Position numbers and translations under genes: made by a program. Of a stretch of 64,000 nt of DNA, positions 19,968 through 28,664 are shown one piece after another. Within the stretch, counting starts at the first letter, position 1. Every line of letters begins with the position of its first letter. The stretch is from positions 6,396 to 70,395 of the forward strand of contig JBAROK010000081.1 of NCBI GenBank assembly GCA_049642065.1, read 5' to 3'. A model generated the notes under the pieces. That model was not told the DNA's origin, ran no database searches, and saw only the letters and a list, made by a program, of their open reading frames with translations. The DNA comes from Candidatus Omnitrophota bacterium. GTDB lineage: Bacteria; Omnitrophota; Gorgyraeia; Tantalellales; Tantalellaceae.

Positions 19968-19979
19968 TCCATTTTGGCA

Positions 19980-22007
19980 TTAACGAAATGTTACGTTAAA
20001 TTTTTTAACCAAATGTTCTTTAACTTTGGAATGCACAGATTCTATTTCCTCGTCTTTCAGGGTCCGGGTATCAAGGCCGTATTTAATGCTGTAAGTAAGA
20101 CTTTTCTTGCCGGGGTCAACCTGTTCTCCCGTATAGACATCGACAAGCTCTATGTCCCGTATAAGTTCTTCCCCGGATTCCGATATCGCCTTGAAAACAC
20201 TCCCGGCAGCAAGCGACTGGTCACAAAGTATCGATACGTCCCTGGAAGAGGACGGATAACGCGGTATTGAGTGGTAATGGTTCGCAAGATTGGTCTTCTC
20301 AATCAAGCTGTCTAGTTTTATCTGTGCCACATAGACGGGATGCTCAATATCATACGCATCAAGTATCTTTTTGCTGACTTCTGCGATAAAGCCAGTCTCT
20401 TTATCGGCAAGATTTATCACGGTTGTGCTTTCCAGGCCGCTTATCTTTGTTCCCTCAAAAACAGGGTCAAGCTTGAATCCTTTAAAAACCGTATCCGCCA
20501 TGCCTTTGATATCAAAAAAGTGTACTTTTCGATCCCCTTCTTCCCAGTTTTTACGCAAGTTGCCCGTAAGGCCTATACACAAAGTGTGGATCTCTATATA
20601 TTTACCCTTAGCTCCCTTAGAATATATCTTACCTATTTCAAAAAGGCCCAGATCTTTGTTGCCTCTATTTATATTCCAGGAGAGTGAACGCATCATTCCG
20701 TCCAGTAGATGCGGCGTCATGATTTTATGTTCTTCCGAAACGGGATTATTCAAATATACCGGATCTTTGGAAATAGCAGAAAACCTTTTAACGGCAGCCT
20801 CATTTATAAGGCTGTACGTCATTATCTCGTTCAAGCCTCTTGCCGCAAGAATCGAACGCAATTTTTCCAGAACTTCCCGTTCGTGTTCTTTTCTTCTTAC
20901 CTGCGGGATGAGTTTCGTGACTTCGGCGGGTATATTGTGGTAACCATATATCCTGGCTACTTCTTCTACGAGGTCTATCTCCCGGGTAAGGTCTTCTCTA
21001 AAGGTCGGCGTCTTGACGACGAGTTCCGGCCCGTTCTCTTCGCATACTGTTATGCCGAGCCTGTTAAATATGTTTTTTGCCTTTTCAGTTTCGATCGATA
21101 TGCCGAGTATGCGCCCTGCTTTTTCTACGCTGAACTTAATGGTATCCCCTTCGGCGGGCAGCGACCCGATATCGTATAACTCGCAAACTTTTCCTCCGGT
21201 TTCTTCGGCAATAAGTTTTGTCGCTCTGTCGGAGGCCATTTTTATCATGCCCTTGTCCACGCCGCGCTCGAACCTGTAGCTGGAATCAGAGGAAAGGCCC
21301 AGCATACGAGCGGTTCTTCTTACTGATACCGGATCGAAATACGCGCTTTCCAGGAGGATGTTCTTTGTGCTCTCGGTAACCTCCGTGTCTTTGCCACCCA
21401 TGATCCCGGCAACCGCTATCGGACGGGTCTTGTCGGCTATAACGAGCATGCCCGGCTGAAGATCCCGCATTTCACCGTCAATGGTCTCGATCTTTTCGCC
21501 TTTTGTCGCTTCTCTTATTATTATTTTCCCGCCCTTGATCTTGTCCAGATCAAAAGCGTGCAGAGGCTGTCCCTGTTCCATCAGACAAAAGTTCGTTACG
21601 TCCACCACATTGTTTACCGAGCGTAGAGCTACTGCTTCTACATGCTTTTTTATTGTTTCGCTCGCCGCTTTAACTCTGGTGCCGGCAATAACTCTTGCCG
21701 TATACCTGGGGCAAAGCTGTTTGCTCTTTATCACACATTCTATTGCGGGGCCTTTACCTTCTTCGGAGACATCAGCTTTCGGGGTTTTAAGCTCCTTATC
21801 AAAAACAGCCGCGGCTTCTCTTGCCAGCCCCACGATATTAAGACAATCAGGCCTGTTAGTGGTTATCTCTAGCTCCATTAATGTATCGTTGCCGTTCTTT
21901 TCCATCTCGCCGACCTCGGAACCGGACATAGTAAGCCCCTGCGCCAGTTCTTCTTCACTGGCTCCGGTATCAACGTATTCTTTTATCCAATTGTAGCTTA
22001 ATTTCAT
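19980..22007 (-). CDS. pheT: Phenylalanine--tRNA ligase beta subunit (short form, 675 aa)
   Basis: PheT B3/B4, B5 and catalytic-like domains. About 120 aa shorter than E. coli PheT, so the N-terminal EMAP-like tRNA-binding domain appears absent. Confidence 0.85.
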   Translation of the reverse strand: MKLSYNWIKEYVDTGASEEELAQGLTMSGSEVGEMEKNGNDTLMELEITTNRPDCLNIVGLAREAAAVFDKELKTPKADVSEEGKGPAIECVIKSKQLCPRYTARVIAGTRVKAASETIKKHVEAVALRSVNNVVDVTNFCLMEQGQPLHAFDLDKIKGGKIIIREATKGEKIETIDGEMRDLQPGMLVIADKTRPIAVAGIMGGKDTEVTESTKNILLESAYFDPVSVRRTARMLGLSSDSSYRFERGVDKGMIKMASDRATKLIAEETGGKVCELYDIGSLPAEGDTIKFSVEKAGRILGISIETEKAKNIFNRLGITVCEENGPELVVKTPTFREDLTREIDLVEEVARIYGYHNIPAEVTKLIPQVRRKEHEREVLEKLRSILAARGLNEIMTYSLINEAAVKRFSAISKDPVYLNNPVSEEHKIMTPHLLDGMMRSLSWNINRGNKDLGLFEIGKIYSKGAKGKYIEIHTLCIGLTGNLRKNWEEGDRKVHFFDIKGMADTVFKGFKLDPVFEGTKISGLESTTVINLADKETGFIAEVSKKILDAYDIEHPVYVAQIKLDSLIEKTNLANHYHSIPRYPSSSRDVSILCDQSLAAGSVFKAISESGEELIRDIELVDVYTGEQVDPGKKSLTYSIKYGLDTRTLKDEEIESVHSKVKEHLVKKFNVTFR

Positions 22008-22021
22008 TTTATTCTCTTCTT

Positions 22022-23044
22022 CTACACAAACTGGTTAAGAAACCTGACGTCGTTCTCATAAAAAAGCCGGATATCCTCTATCCCGTATAAAAGCATCGCT
22101 ATTCTTTCAACCCCCATCCCGAAAGCATATCCCGTATACTGTTCAGGATCATACCCTCCCGCTTCGAACACTTTGGGGTTGACCATACCCGCTCCCAGTA
22201 TTTCCAGCCACCCGTTACCAGAACACACCCGGCATCCTTTCCCTTTGCACATTATGCAGGAGATGTCCACTTCCGCGCTGGGTTCGGTGAACGGGAAAAA
22301 ATGCGGCCTGAGGCGCATCTCAATTTCTTGCCCGAACATGCTCTTGCAAAAAATAGAAAGCATGCCCTTAAGATCCGAGAACCTGATGCCTTTATCTACC
22401 ATAAGCCCTTCCACCTGATGGAACATGAAAGAATGTGTCGCATCGACAGCGTCAGGCCTGTACACCCTGCCCGGCATAATAGCCTGCACCGGTGGCGGCT
22501 GATTCTGCATGACGTGTATTTGAACGTTCGAGGTATGACTTCTAAGCAGGTTCTCTCCTTCTATATAGAACGTGTCAAAAGCGTCCCGGGAAGGATGGTC
22601 CATCGGAATGTTAAGCGCTTCGAAATTATAGAACTCTGTCTCTATCTCCGGACCTTCTGCTATCCTGAACCCAAGAGAAACAAAAATCTCGTTTATCCTG
22701 GTCATCGTCTGCGTTAAAGGATGCAGTGTGCCCAATCGCTCCTTTATCCCCGGCAGGGTCACATCTATTGTTTGCGCTTTTGCCCGGGAACCCGCTTCAA
22801 GAGTTTTTTCTTTTGCGGCCAGGACCTTTTCTTCGAACTCTTTTTTGAGGATATTCGCTTTCTGGCCGACTTCTTTCTTTACCTCTGGAGGGAGATCTGT
22901 GAGGCTGCGCAGCACCCCGGTAAGTTCTCCTTTTCTTCCCGTATACTTTACGCGGATCTCTTCAAGCTCTTGCGCCCCACTACAGTTGTTAAGCTCTGCT
23001 TCAAACGCATCTTTTATATCGTTAAGCTTGCTTAAAATATCCAT
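22022..23044 (-). CDS. pheS: Phenylalanine--tRNA ligase alpha subunit
   Basis: Class II aaRS motifs (FPFTEPSAEVD, GWLEILGAGM). Start placed at the ATG with a GGAGAAAG RBS (MDILSKL); the track's 23065 is an upstream in-frame GTG. Confidence 0.85.
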   Translation of the reverse strand: MDILSKLNDIKDAFEAELNNCSGAQELEEIRVKYTGRKGELTGVLRSLTDLPPEVKKEVGQKANILKKEFEEKVLAAKEKTLEAGSRAKAQTIDVTLPGIKERLGTLHPLTQTMTRINEIFVSLGFRIAEGPEIETEFYNFEALNIPMDHPSRDAFDTFYIEGENLLRSHTSNVQIHVMQNQPPPVQAIMPGRVYRPDAVDATHSFMFHQVEGLMVDKGIRFSDLKGMLSIFCKSMFGQEIEMRLRPHFFPFTEPSAEVDISCIMCKGKGCRVCSGNGWLEILGAGMVNPKVFEAGGYDPEQYTGYAFGMGVERIAMLLYGIEDIRLFYENDVRFLNQFV

Positions 23045-23231
23045 TTTGTTTCTTTCTCCGATCACACGCCCGCTTCTCTTGCTTTTCTTTTCAATGCTTC
23101 TATCTTATCATTCTCTCCGAAAACAACAAGCAATGCGAATATAACCCAACTGCCGAACGTGGTTAAATAGCTGGCGGTATCTTTTACGATAAGCCCGGTT
23201 GCGGCGGGGTAACCCTTCCCATTAATCGGTC

Positions 23232-23579
23232 TTACGGTTTTACTTGCTTTATAAGCGCCTTGAACCCGCGGTCATCGTTTGCCGCAAGGTCAGCCAGAAT
23301 CTTCCGGTTAAGTTCTATGTTGGACTTTTTGAGCCCGCCGATGAACTTGCTGTAAGATATCCCTCCTTCCCTGCACGCAGCTGTTATCCGGGTTATCCAC
23401 AAAGAACGGTAATCGCCCTTCTTCTTCTTCCGGTCAACATAGTTGGAGATCATGCTCTTTCTTACCGCTTCTTTTGCGGTCCGGAACAGTTTAGATCTCG
23501 CTCCGCGCTGCCCTTTGGCGGCCTTAAGAACCTTTTTTCTCCTTTTAAGTGAACTAGGCGCGTGTTTTACCTTTGTCAT
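23232..23579 (-). CDS. rplT: 50S ribosomal protein L20
   Basis: 115 aa basic protein, L20 family. Confidence 0.85.
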   Translation of the reverse strand: MTKVKHAPSSLKRRKKVLKAAKGQRGARSKLFRTAKEAVRKSMISNYVDRKKKKGDYRSLWITRITAACREGGISYSKFIGGLKKSNIELNRKILADLAANDDRGFKALIKQVKP

Positions 23580-23616
23580 GTCTTCTCCTTAGATTATTAC
23601 TGTAAACTTGCCCGGA

Positions 23617-23814
23617 TTACGCGTACGGCAAAAGGCTTCTCATCTTTTTCTCAACGGTCTTATCAACTGTTGTACCTTTTTTCAAGGCGCGCTTTCTCTT
23701 CCGTGTCTTCTTTGTCAGGAGGTGCCTAGCGCCTTCTTTCTGCCGTTTCACTTTTCCGGATTTCGTGATTTTCAGGCGTTTTTTTGCGCCTTTGTTTGTT
23801 TTTAGTTTTGGCAT
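23617..23814 (-). CDS. rpmI: 50S ribosomal protein L35
   Basis: 65 aa, MPKLKTNKGAKKRLKITKSGKVKR, L35 family. Confidence 0.85.
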   Translation of the reverse strand: MPKLKTNKGAKKRLKITKSGKVKRQKEGARHLLTKKTRKRKRALKKGTTVDKTVEKKMRSLLPYA

Positions 23815-23837
23815 TTTTCTTCTGTCTCCCTTTTAAT

Positions 23838-24413
23838 TTACCCTTCTTCGGCTTGTTGTACGCTTTTTGGCGCCAAGGTCATGGACATGGTCCTGCCCAT
23901 ATATTTTGGCTCCGCTTCCATCTCTCCCAGTGCGGCTATGTCATTCGCTATTTTATGCAAGAGCTCTCTGCCTAGCTCTTTGTGCGCCATTTCTCGGCCT
24001 CTGAACCTGAGCGAAACGCGCACCTTATCTTTCTTTTCTAAGAACTCTTTTATCTGTTTCAGTTTAACCTGATAATCGTGCTCTTCTATCCTCACCTTGA
24101 ACCTGACCTCTTTTAGATGTGTTATATGCTGTTTCTTTTTTGCCAGCTTCTTTTTCTTTTCCTGTTCGTACTTATACTTACTATAATCCATTATCCGGCA
24201 TACGGGAGGATCTACGTTTGCTGCTACTTCTACGAGGTCGAGCTCCCTCTCTCTTGCCATGGTCATCCCGACCGCTAGATCAACTACTCCGTGCTGATTA
24301 CCTTCGTCATCGACCAGCCGGATCTTGGGAGCTCTTATGCGGGCATTTATCTTTGTGTCATCTTCCCATTTTCTGTTTCCTCTAAATCCCGGTCTGTTAT
24401 TGTTAAAAGCGAT
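23838..24413 (-). CDS. infC: Translation initiation factor IF-3, with predicted non-AUG (AUC) start
   Basis: The ORF track's version (142 aa from MTMARERELDL) lacks the IF3 N-domain. The frame stays open 49 codons further upstream (..INARIRAPKIRLVDDEGNQHGVVDL..) to an in-frame TAA. AAGGAGG sits 5 nt before an in-frame ATC and no AUG/GUG/UUG is available. Total about 191 aa. Confidence 0.6.
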   Translation of the reverse strand: MAFNNNRPGFRGNRKWEDDTKINARIRAPKIRLVDDEGNQHGVVDLAVGMTMARERELDLVEVAANVDPPVCRIMDYSKYKYEQEKKKKLAKKKQHITHLKEVRFKVRIEEHDYQVKLKQIKEFLEKKDKVRVSLRFRGREMAHKELGRELLHKIANDIAALGEMEAEPKYMGRTMSMTLAPKSVQQAEEG

Positions 24414-24442
24414 TTCGTCCTCCTTGGTAAATGGTTACGCTG

Positions 24443-26221
24443 TCAGTCTTGCGCTTGTTTTTTGTTGTCTACCTCGCACCCCAACAGCTCGACAAGGTCT
24501 TGCCTTCCCATTACTCCTATGTTACCTTTTTTCCGGCACCTCAAAGAAATCGTACCTTCTTCTTTTTCCCGTTTGCCGACCACAGCCATATACGGGATCT
24601 TCGCCAATTCTGCGTCCCTTATCTTTTTCTGCATCTTTTCATCCCGGGGGTCCATTTCCACCCGGAACCCAAGTTTATGCAACTCGTCTCTTATCTCTTT
24701 CGCGTAATCTGATTGTTCTGCCGTTATGGGTATGACTTTCAGCTGAACCGGCGCAAGCCATAGCGGGAACGCTCCTCCGTAATGTTCTATCAAGGCGCCT
24801 ATAAACCTTTCCAGGCTGCCGAGTATAACCCTGTGCAGAACTATCGGGCGCTGTTCGCTGCCGTTCTGGTCTACATATTTAAGATCGAATCTTTCCGGCA
24901 GCGCAAAGTCACATTGTATCGTCGCGCATTGCCAGGACCTTCCCAAAGCGTCCTTTAGCTTGATGTCTATCTTAGGCCCGTAAAAAGCGCCATCCCCTTC
25001 GTTGATCTCATACTTTAGACCCTTTGTATCAAGCGCCTTTTTTAATGCGCTAGTTGCTTCTTCCCAATCCTGTTCGGTACCTATATATTTTTCCGGCCTG
25101 GTGCTAAGTTCTACTTCAAAATCTTCAAACCCGAAAACCTTAAGTGTCTCGTCAACAAAATCTATTACATTAACTACTTCGGATTCTACCTGTTCGCGTA
25201 AACAAAAGATGTGCGCATCGTCCTGAGTGAATCCTCTTACTCTTAAGAGCCCGTGAAGCACGCCCGACTTTTCGTTCCGGTATACCGTGCCTAGCTCAAA
25301 AAACCTTAGCGGGAACTCCCGGTAACTTCTGGTTCTCGAAGCGTAAACAAGGATGTGCCCGGGACAGTTCATGGGCTTGACCCCGAACTCCTGACCCTCG
25401 CTCTCGAATATGTACATATTCTCTTTGTAGTAATCGTAATGGCCGGACCGTATCCAGATATCGCTTTTGATAATATGCGGGCTAGATATAAGCTCATATT
25501 CTTTTTCAAGGTGTTTTTCGGTTATGTAATCGGCGATTGTCTGTCTAAGGATCGCTCCTTTTGGGTGGTAGAGCACCAGCCCTCCGCCCATCTGCTCGTT
25601 AAAACTAAAAAGTTCCAACTCTTTCCCAAGCTTCCTGTGGTCTCTTTTCTGGGCCTCTTCCCTCAGGTGAAGGAACTCTTCAAGTTCCTTCTTGCCGGCA
25701 AACGCCGTTCCGTATATCCTCTGCAGCATCGTGTTGGTTTCTTCGCCCTTCCAGTACGCCCCGGCGACCGAAAGAAGCTTGAACGCACCGATCTGCCCGG
25801 TATTCTCAAGATGCGGCCCTCTGCACATATCAAAAAAATCTCCGTGCTGGTAAAGCGTAATGTCCACGTCTTCCAGCTCGCTAAGTAGCTCTAGCTTGTA
25901 CGTTTCGGCTTCTTTTTGTAAGATCTTTTCGGCTTCTTTTTTCGAAACCGTTTTCTTTTCAAAGAGCATGTTCGCTTTTATTATCCGGTCCATCTCCTTT
26001 TCTATCTTAGGGAGATCTTCCGGCGTCAGGAAACGGCTGTGTGAGACGCCCTCAGAGGCCCCCTTACAACCGCTAAAATCAAAATCATAGTAAAATCCGT
26101 CTTCTATGGCCGGACCTATACCCAGCTTGACCCCGGGATACAGTTTCTTCACCGCGTCGGCCATAACATGAGCCGTACTATGTCTGAGTTTTTCTAAATG
26201 TTCGTCTTTCTTTTTCGTCAT
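24443..26221 (-). CDS. thrS: Threonine--tRNA ligase (lacks N-terminal TGS domain)
   Basis: Start placed at MTKKKDEHLEKLRHSTAHVMA (592 aa) because the ORF track's 26308 start would run through tRNA-Val. Class II core and anticodon-binding domain present. Confidence 0.85.
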   Translation of the reverse strand: MTKKKDEHLEKLRHSTAHVMADAVKKLYPGVKLGIGPAIEDGFYYDFDFSGCKGASEGVSHSRFLTPEDLPKIEKEMDRIIKANMLFEKKTVSKKEAEKILQKEAETYKLELLSELEDVDITLYQHGDFFDMCRGPHLENTGQIGAFKLLSVAGAYWKGEETNTMLQRIYGTAFAGKKELEEFLHLREEAQKRDHRKLGKELELFSFNEQMGGGLVLYHPKGAILRQTIADYITEKHLEKEYELISSPHIIKSDIWIRSGHYDYYKENMYIFESEGQEFGVKPMNCPGHILVYASRTRSYREFPLRFFELGTVYRNEKSGVLHGLLRVRGFTQDDAHIFCLREQVESEVVNVIDFVDETLKVFGFEDFEVELSTRPEKYIGTEQDWEEATSALKKALDTKGLKYEINEGDGAFYGPKIDIKLKDALGRSWQCATIQCDFALPERFDLKYVDQNGSEQRPIVLHRVILGSLERFIGALIEHYGGAFPLWLAPVQLKVIPITAEQSDYAKEIRDELHKLGFRVEMDPRDEKMQKKIRDAELAKIPYMAVVGKREKEEGTISLRCRKKGNIGVMGRQDLVELLGCEVDNKKQAQD

Positions 26222-26271
26222 TATTTCTCTTTGCCAGCACAAAAAGACACAGTTCTCTGTGCCTGATTTTA

Positions 26272-26348
26272 TGGTGGGCGATACGGGATTCGAACCTGTG
26301 ACCTCCACGATGTCAACGTGGCGCTCTAACCAACTGAGCTAACCGCCC
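26272..26348 (-). tRNA. tRNA-Val (anticodon GAC)
   Basis: Hand-folded 77-nt cloverleaf. GGGCGGTTAGCTCAGTTGGTTAGAGC D-arm, anticodon loop UUGACAU, A73, CCA encoded. Confidence 0.8.
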
Positions 26349-26444
26349 ACTGTACATAATATTAAAGACTATCATAAGACATATGGTAAATCATTAAGAA
26401 TTTACCGCATGCTTATCCCGTACTATTCCCTCATCATGCCTGTT

Positions 26445-26532
26445 TGGTGGGCGAGGAGGGAATCGAACCCTCACGGTTTATTCAACCGAAGGATTTTAAG
26501 TCCTTTGCGTCTGCCAGTTCCGCCACTCGCCC
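26445..26532 (-). tRNA. tRNA-Leu (anticodon UAA), long variable arm
   Basis: 88 nt. Anticodon stem AAGGA/TCCTT with loop CUUAAAA, 17-nt variable arm, A73, CCA. Confidence 0.8.
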
Positions 26533-26560
26533 TTTAAATCATCTTTTCTAGCAGAATTTC

Positions 26561-26634
26561 TGGAGGCGCGGACCGGATTCGCACCGGTGTACGCGATTTT
26601 GCAGACCGCTGCCTAGCTTCTCGGCCACCGCGCC
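26561..26634 (-). tRNA. tRNA-Cys (anticodon GCA)
   Basis: 74 nt. Anticodon stem GCGGT/ATCGC with loop CUGCAAA, discriminator U73 (typical of Cys), CCA. Confidence 0.75.
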
Positions 26635-26707
26635 CCGTTTTTTATGCCTTATAACCGGCTTATTTCCCTAAATATAAGCGGTATTTCCGGTTATAATAAA
26701 CAGTTAA

Positions 26708-26734
26708 ATTATCATACTGGACATAAAAAGTCAA
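26708..26734 (-). promoter_or_regulatory. Possible promoter for the tRNA-Cys/Leu/Val cluster
   Basis: Minus strand TTGACT-N15-GATAAT in an AT-rich region about 65 nt upstream of tRNA-Cys. Confidence 0.3.
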
Positions 26735-26788
26735 TTATCTTTCTATATATACGGGTTTTCCGCGCATTTCACCATATATCAAAGAGCT

Positions 26789-27223
26789 TTATTCCCCTGC
26801 CCAGTCTACAGCACCGTTGACAAAAAGGAAGTTTTTCCCTCCGCCGGGGTGATTCGCCGCTTTGTCTGTTACAAGCGGATCCTGTGACGGGCTCCTTACC
26901 GAAAGCCCCGCAGTATAAATATAGTCCGGAGACTCTACGGTCCCTATCGTCTTGCTGGCCGGGCAATCCATCAGCCTAGTGTCAGCAAGGTATTGTTCGT
27001 CGTATAGCGTGCTCATTGTTGGTGGGAACCTTCCCTCGTGCTCCCTTGCGTATATATACAAAGCGCGCCCTATTTTACGCAAGTTGTTTGCACAGGCTAT
27101 ATTCCCCAACCTTTCGTTGCTATGTCTTATAAAGGGCCACATAAGCGCTCCGACTATGAGCACTATAGCCAAAACTACCATAACTTCGCCTAGCGTAAAC
27201 CCTTTTTTGTTGTTTAGCATCAT
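26789..27223 (-). CDS. Prepilin-type N-terminal cleavage/methylation domain protein (DUF1559-like, H-X9-DG-type C-terminus)
   Basis: KKGFTLGEVMVVLAIVLIVGAL class-III signal/pilin N-terminus. C-terminal HPGGGKNFLFVNG resembles the H-X9-DG motif. Start ATG overlaps the coaB stop (ATGA). Confidence 0.7.
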   Translation of the reverse strand: MMLNNKKGFTLGEVMVVLAIVLIVGALMWPFIRHSNERLGNIACANNLRKIGRALYIYAREHEGRFPPTMSTLYDEQYLADTRLMDCPASKTIGTVESPDYIYTAGLSVRSPSQDPLVTDKAANHPGGGKNFLFVNGAVDWAGE

Positions 27224-27885
27224 CTTAGATTTGCCACCCTGCTGATTATTTCTTCGGCAATTTGCTCTTTGGAGAGGCCAGTGAACTCCGTCTTCTTGCA
27301 TTCTCTGTCAATAATGGCGTATTCGAACCCGCCTGCTTTCTCCGGCCCGAAAGGATCGTTCTCGGGGGTCTTGGCGTTGACTACTATCAGGTCTAGGTCC
27401 TTGGCCTTGAGTTTTGCCGAGGCGTTCTCCTCCAACTTCTCCGTTTCAAGGGCGAACCCCACTTTTATCAGCCCTTCTCGCGTGCCGACCTCACTGAGGA
27501 TGTCCGGATTCTTTGTAAGGCGTAATGTCAATTCTTCAGTTTTCTTGATTTTGTTCTCTTCTTCTTTCTCCGGCCGGAAATCACATACTGCTGCCGCCAT
27601 AATAAGACAATCGTATTTTTCCACACGCTCCATAACGCGATCTCTCATTTCTATCGCAGTCGTTACCTTGACTGTTTCCACTCCTTGCGGCGCCACTAAG
27701 GATACGGGTCCGGTTATCAGACACACTTCGAAACCCCGAGCTTCCGCGGCACGCGCTATTGCGTACCCTGCTTCACCGGTAGACCGATTGGAAATATATC
27801 TCACAGGATCAATGGGCTCAAGTGTCGGCCCGGCTGTCACGAGGATTTTAAGGAGGGCTTTTTTGTCTGTTCTGTTCTCAGGCAC
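27220..27885 (-). CDS. coaB: Phosphopantothenate--cysteine ligase (CoaB domain), separate ORF with GTG start
   Basis: 221 aa, CoaB/DFP C-terminal domain motifs (ITAGPT, GEAGYAIA, AAAVCDF). GTG start preceded by an AGGGAG RBS. In frame with coaC, separated by one TAA. Confidence 0.8.
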   Translation of the reverse strand: MPENRTDKKALLKILVTAGPTLEPIDPVRYISNRSTGEAGYAIARAAEARGFEVCLITGPVSLVAPQGVETVKVTTAIEMRDRVMERVEKYDCLIMAAAVCDFRPEKEEENKIKKTEELTLRLTKNPDILSEVGTREGLIKVGFALETEKLEENASAKLKAKDLDLIVVNAKTPENDPFGPEKAGGFEYAIIDRECKKTEFTGLSKEQIAEEIISRVANLR

Positions 27886-27903
27886 CGTATATGCTCCCTG
27901 CGC

Positions 27904-28443
27904 TTATTTGGCTAAAACCTTTTCCGCTTCTTCGACTATTGCTTCCAGCGGCGCAAGGTGTCCAATGCCATCTCTTCCGCAAGCAAGGTGCCCTTTCACC
28001 GGATCAACAAAATAATATCCATGTTTGCGAAGGTACTTTATTTTTTCTTGCACGATAGGGTTGTTATACATCTTGTCATTCATTGCCGGTGCAAACACAA
28101 CCGGCCTGTCTGAAGCACAAACGGTGCAGGTCAATATATCGTCAGCTATACCCGCGGCTATTTTACCGATAATATCCGCCGTTGCGGGCGCGATGAGGAT
28201 AAGGTCGGGCTCTTCGGCAAGAGATATGTGGACTGGATCCCTTTCTTCGGGGAGGCAAAACATATCCGTTACAACTTTCTGTCCCGTAAGCGTCTCTAGT
28301 GTCAGTGGCGTTACGAACCATTTCGCATCAGGAGACATCACGCATCGTACGGAATATCCTTTCTTGCGGAAAAGCCCCACAAGATCACACGCCTTGAAAC
28401 TGGCTATGCTTCCAGTAACCCCTAAAAGTATATTCTTTTTCAT
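27904..28443 (-). CDS. coaC: Phosphopantothenoylcysteine decarboxylase (CoaC flavoprotein domain)
   Basis: 179 aa, GVTGSIA...PAMN flavoprotein motifs. Confidence 0.8.
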   Translation of the reverse strand: MKKNILLGVTGSIASFKACDLVGLFRKKGYSVRCVMSPDAKWFVTPLTLETLTGQKVVTDMFCLPEERDPVHISLAEEPDLILIAPATADIIGKIAAGIADDILTCTVCASDRPVVFAPAMNDKMYNNPIVQEKIKYLRKHGYYFVDPVKGHLACGRDGIGHLAPLEAIVEEAEKVLAK

Positions 28444-28449
28444 TGTCGC

Positions 28450-28650
28450 CTAGTCCTTGTGTACCTTCATCTTTACCTTACCCTCGGCAATTTCTCTGAT
28501 CGCCACAGAGGTCACCTTCTCCTTGGGGTCGGCATCTACAAGCTTTTTCATGCCTACGTTAAGCTCCATCGCCCTTAGCGCAGCAAGGTTGCACAGCTTA
28601 TATATACTACTCACTGCGCCCAACAATTTATCGCGGGAAATATCTTTCAT
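28450..28650 (-). CDS. rpoZ: DNA-directed RNA polymerase subunit omega
   Basis: 66 aa. D-L-x-V-S-x-Y-x-L-x-x-A-A-x-R-A-x-E-L pattern as in Bacillus RpoZ (YloH); gmk-rpoZ adjacency. Confidence 0.65.
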   Translation of the reverse strand: MKDISRDKLLGAVSSIYKLCNLAALRAMELNVGMKKLVDADPKEKVTSVAIREIAEGKVKMKVHKD

Positions 28651-28664
28651 ATCACCTCGTCCTT

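Noticed and set aside
23045-23231. Possible pheST leader peptide or attenuator between rplT and pheS
   Set aside because: The only small ORFs are not Phe-rich and no terminator/antiterminator pair was evident by eye.
26222-26308. N-terminal extension of thrS (MEVTGSNPVSPT...)
   Set aside because: Runs through tRNA-Val (26272-26348); the true start is the internal Met at 26221.
27269-28015. 248-aa plus-strand ORF
   Set aside because: Antisense to coaB/coaC.
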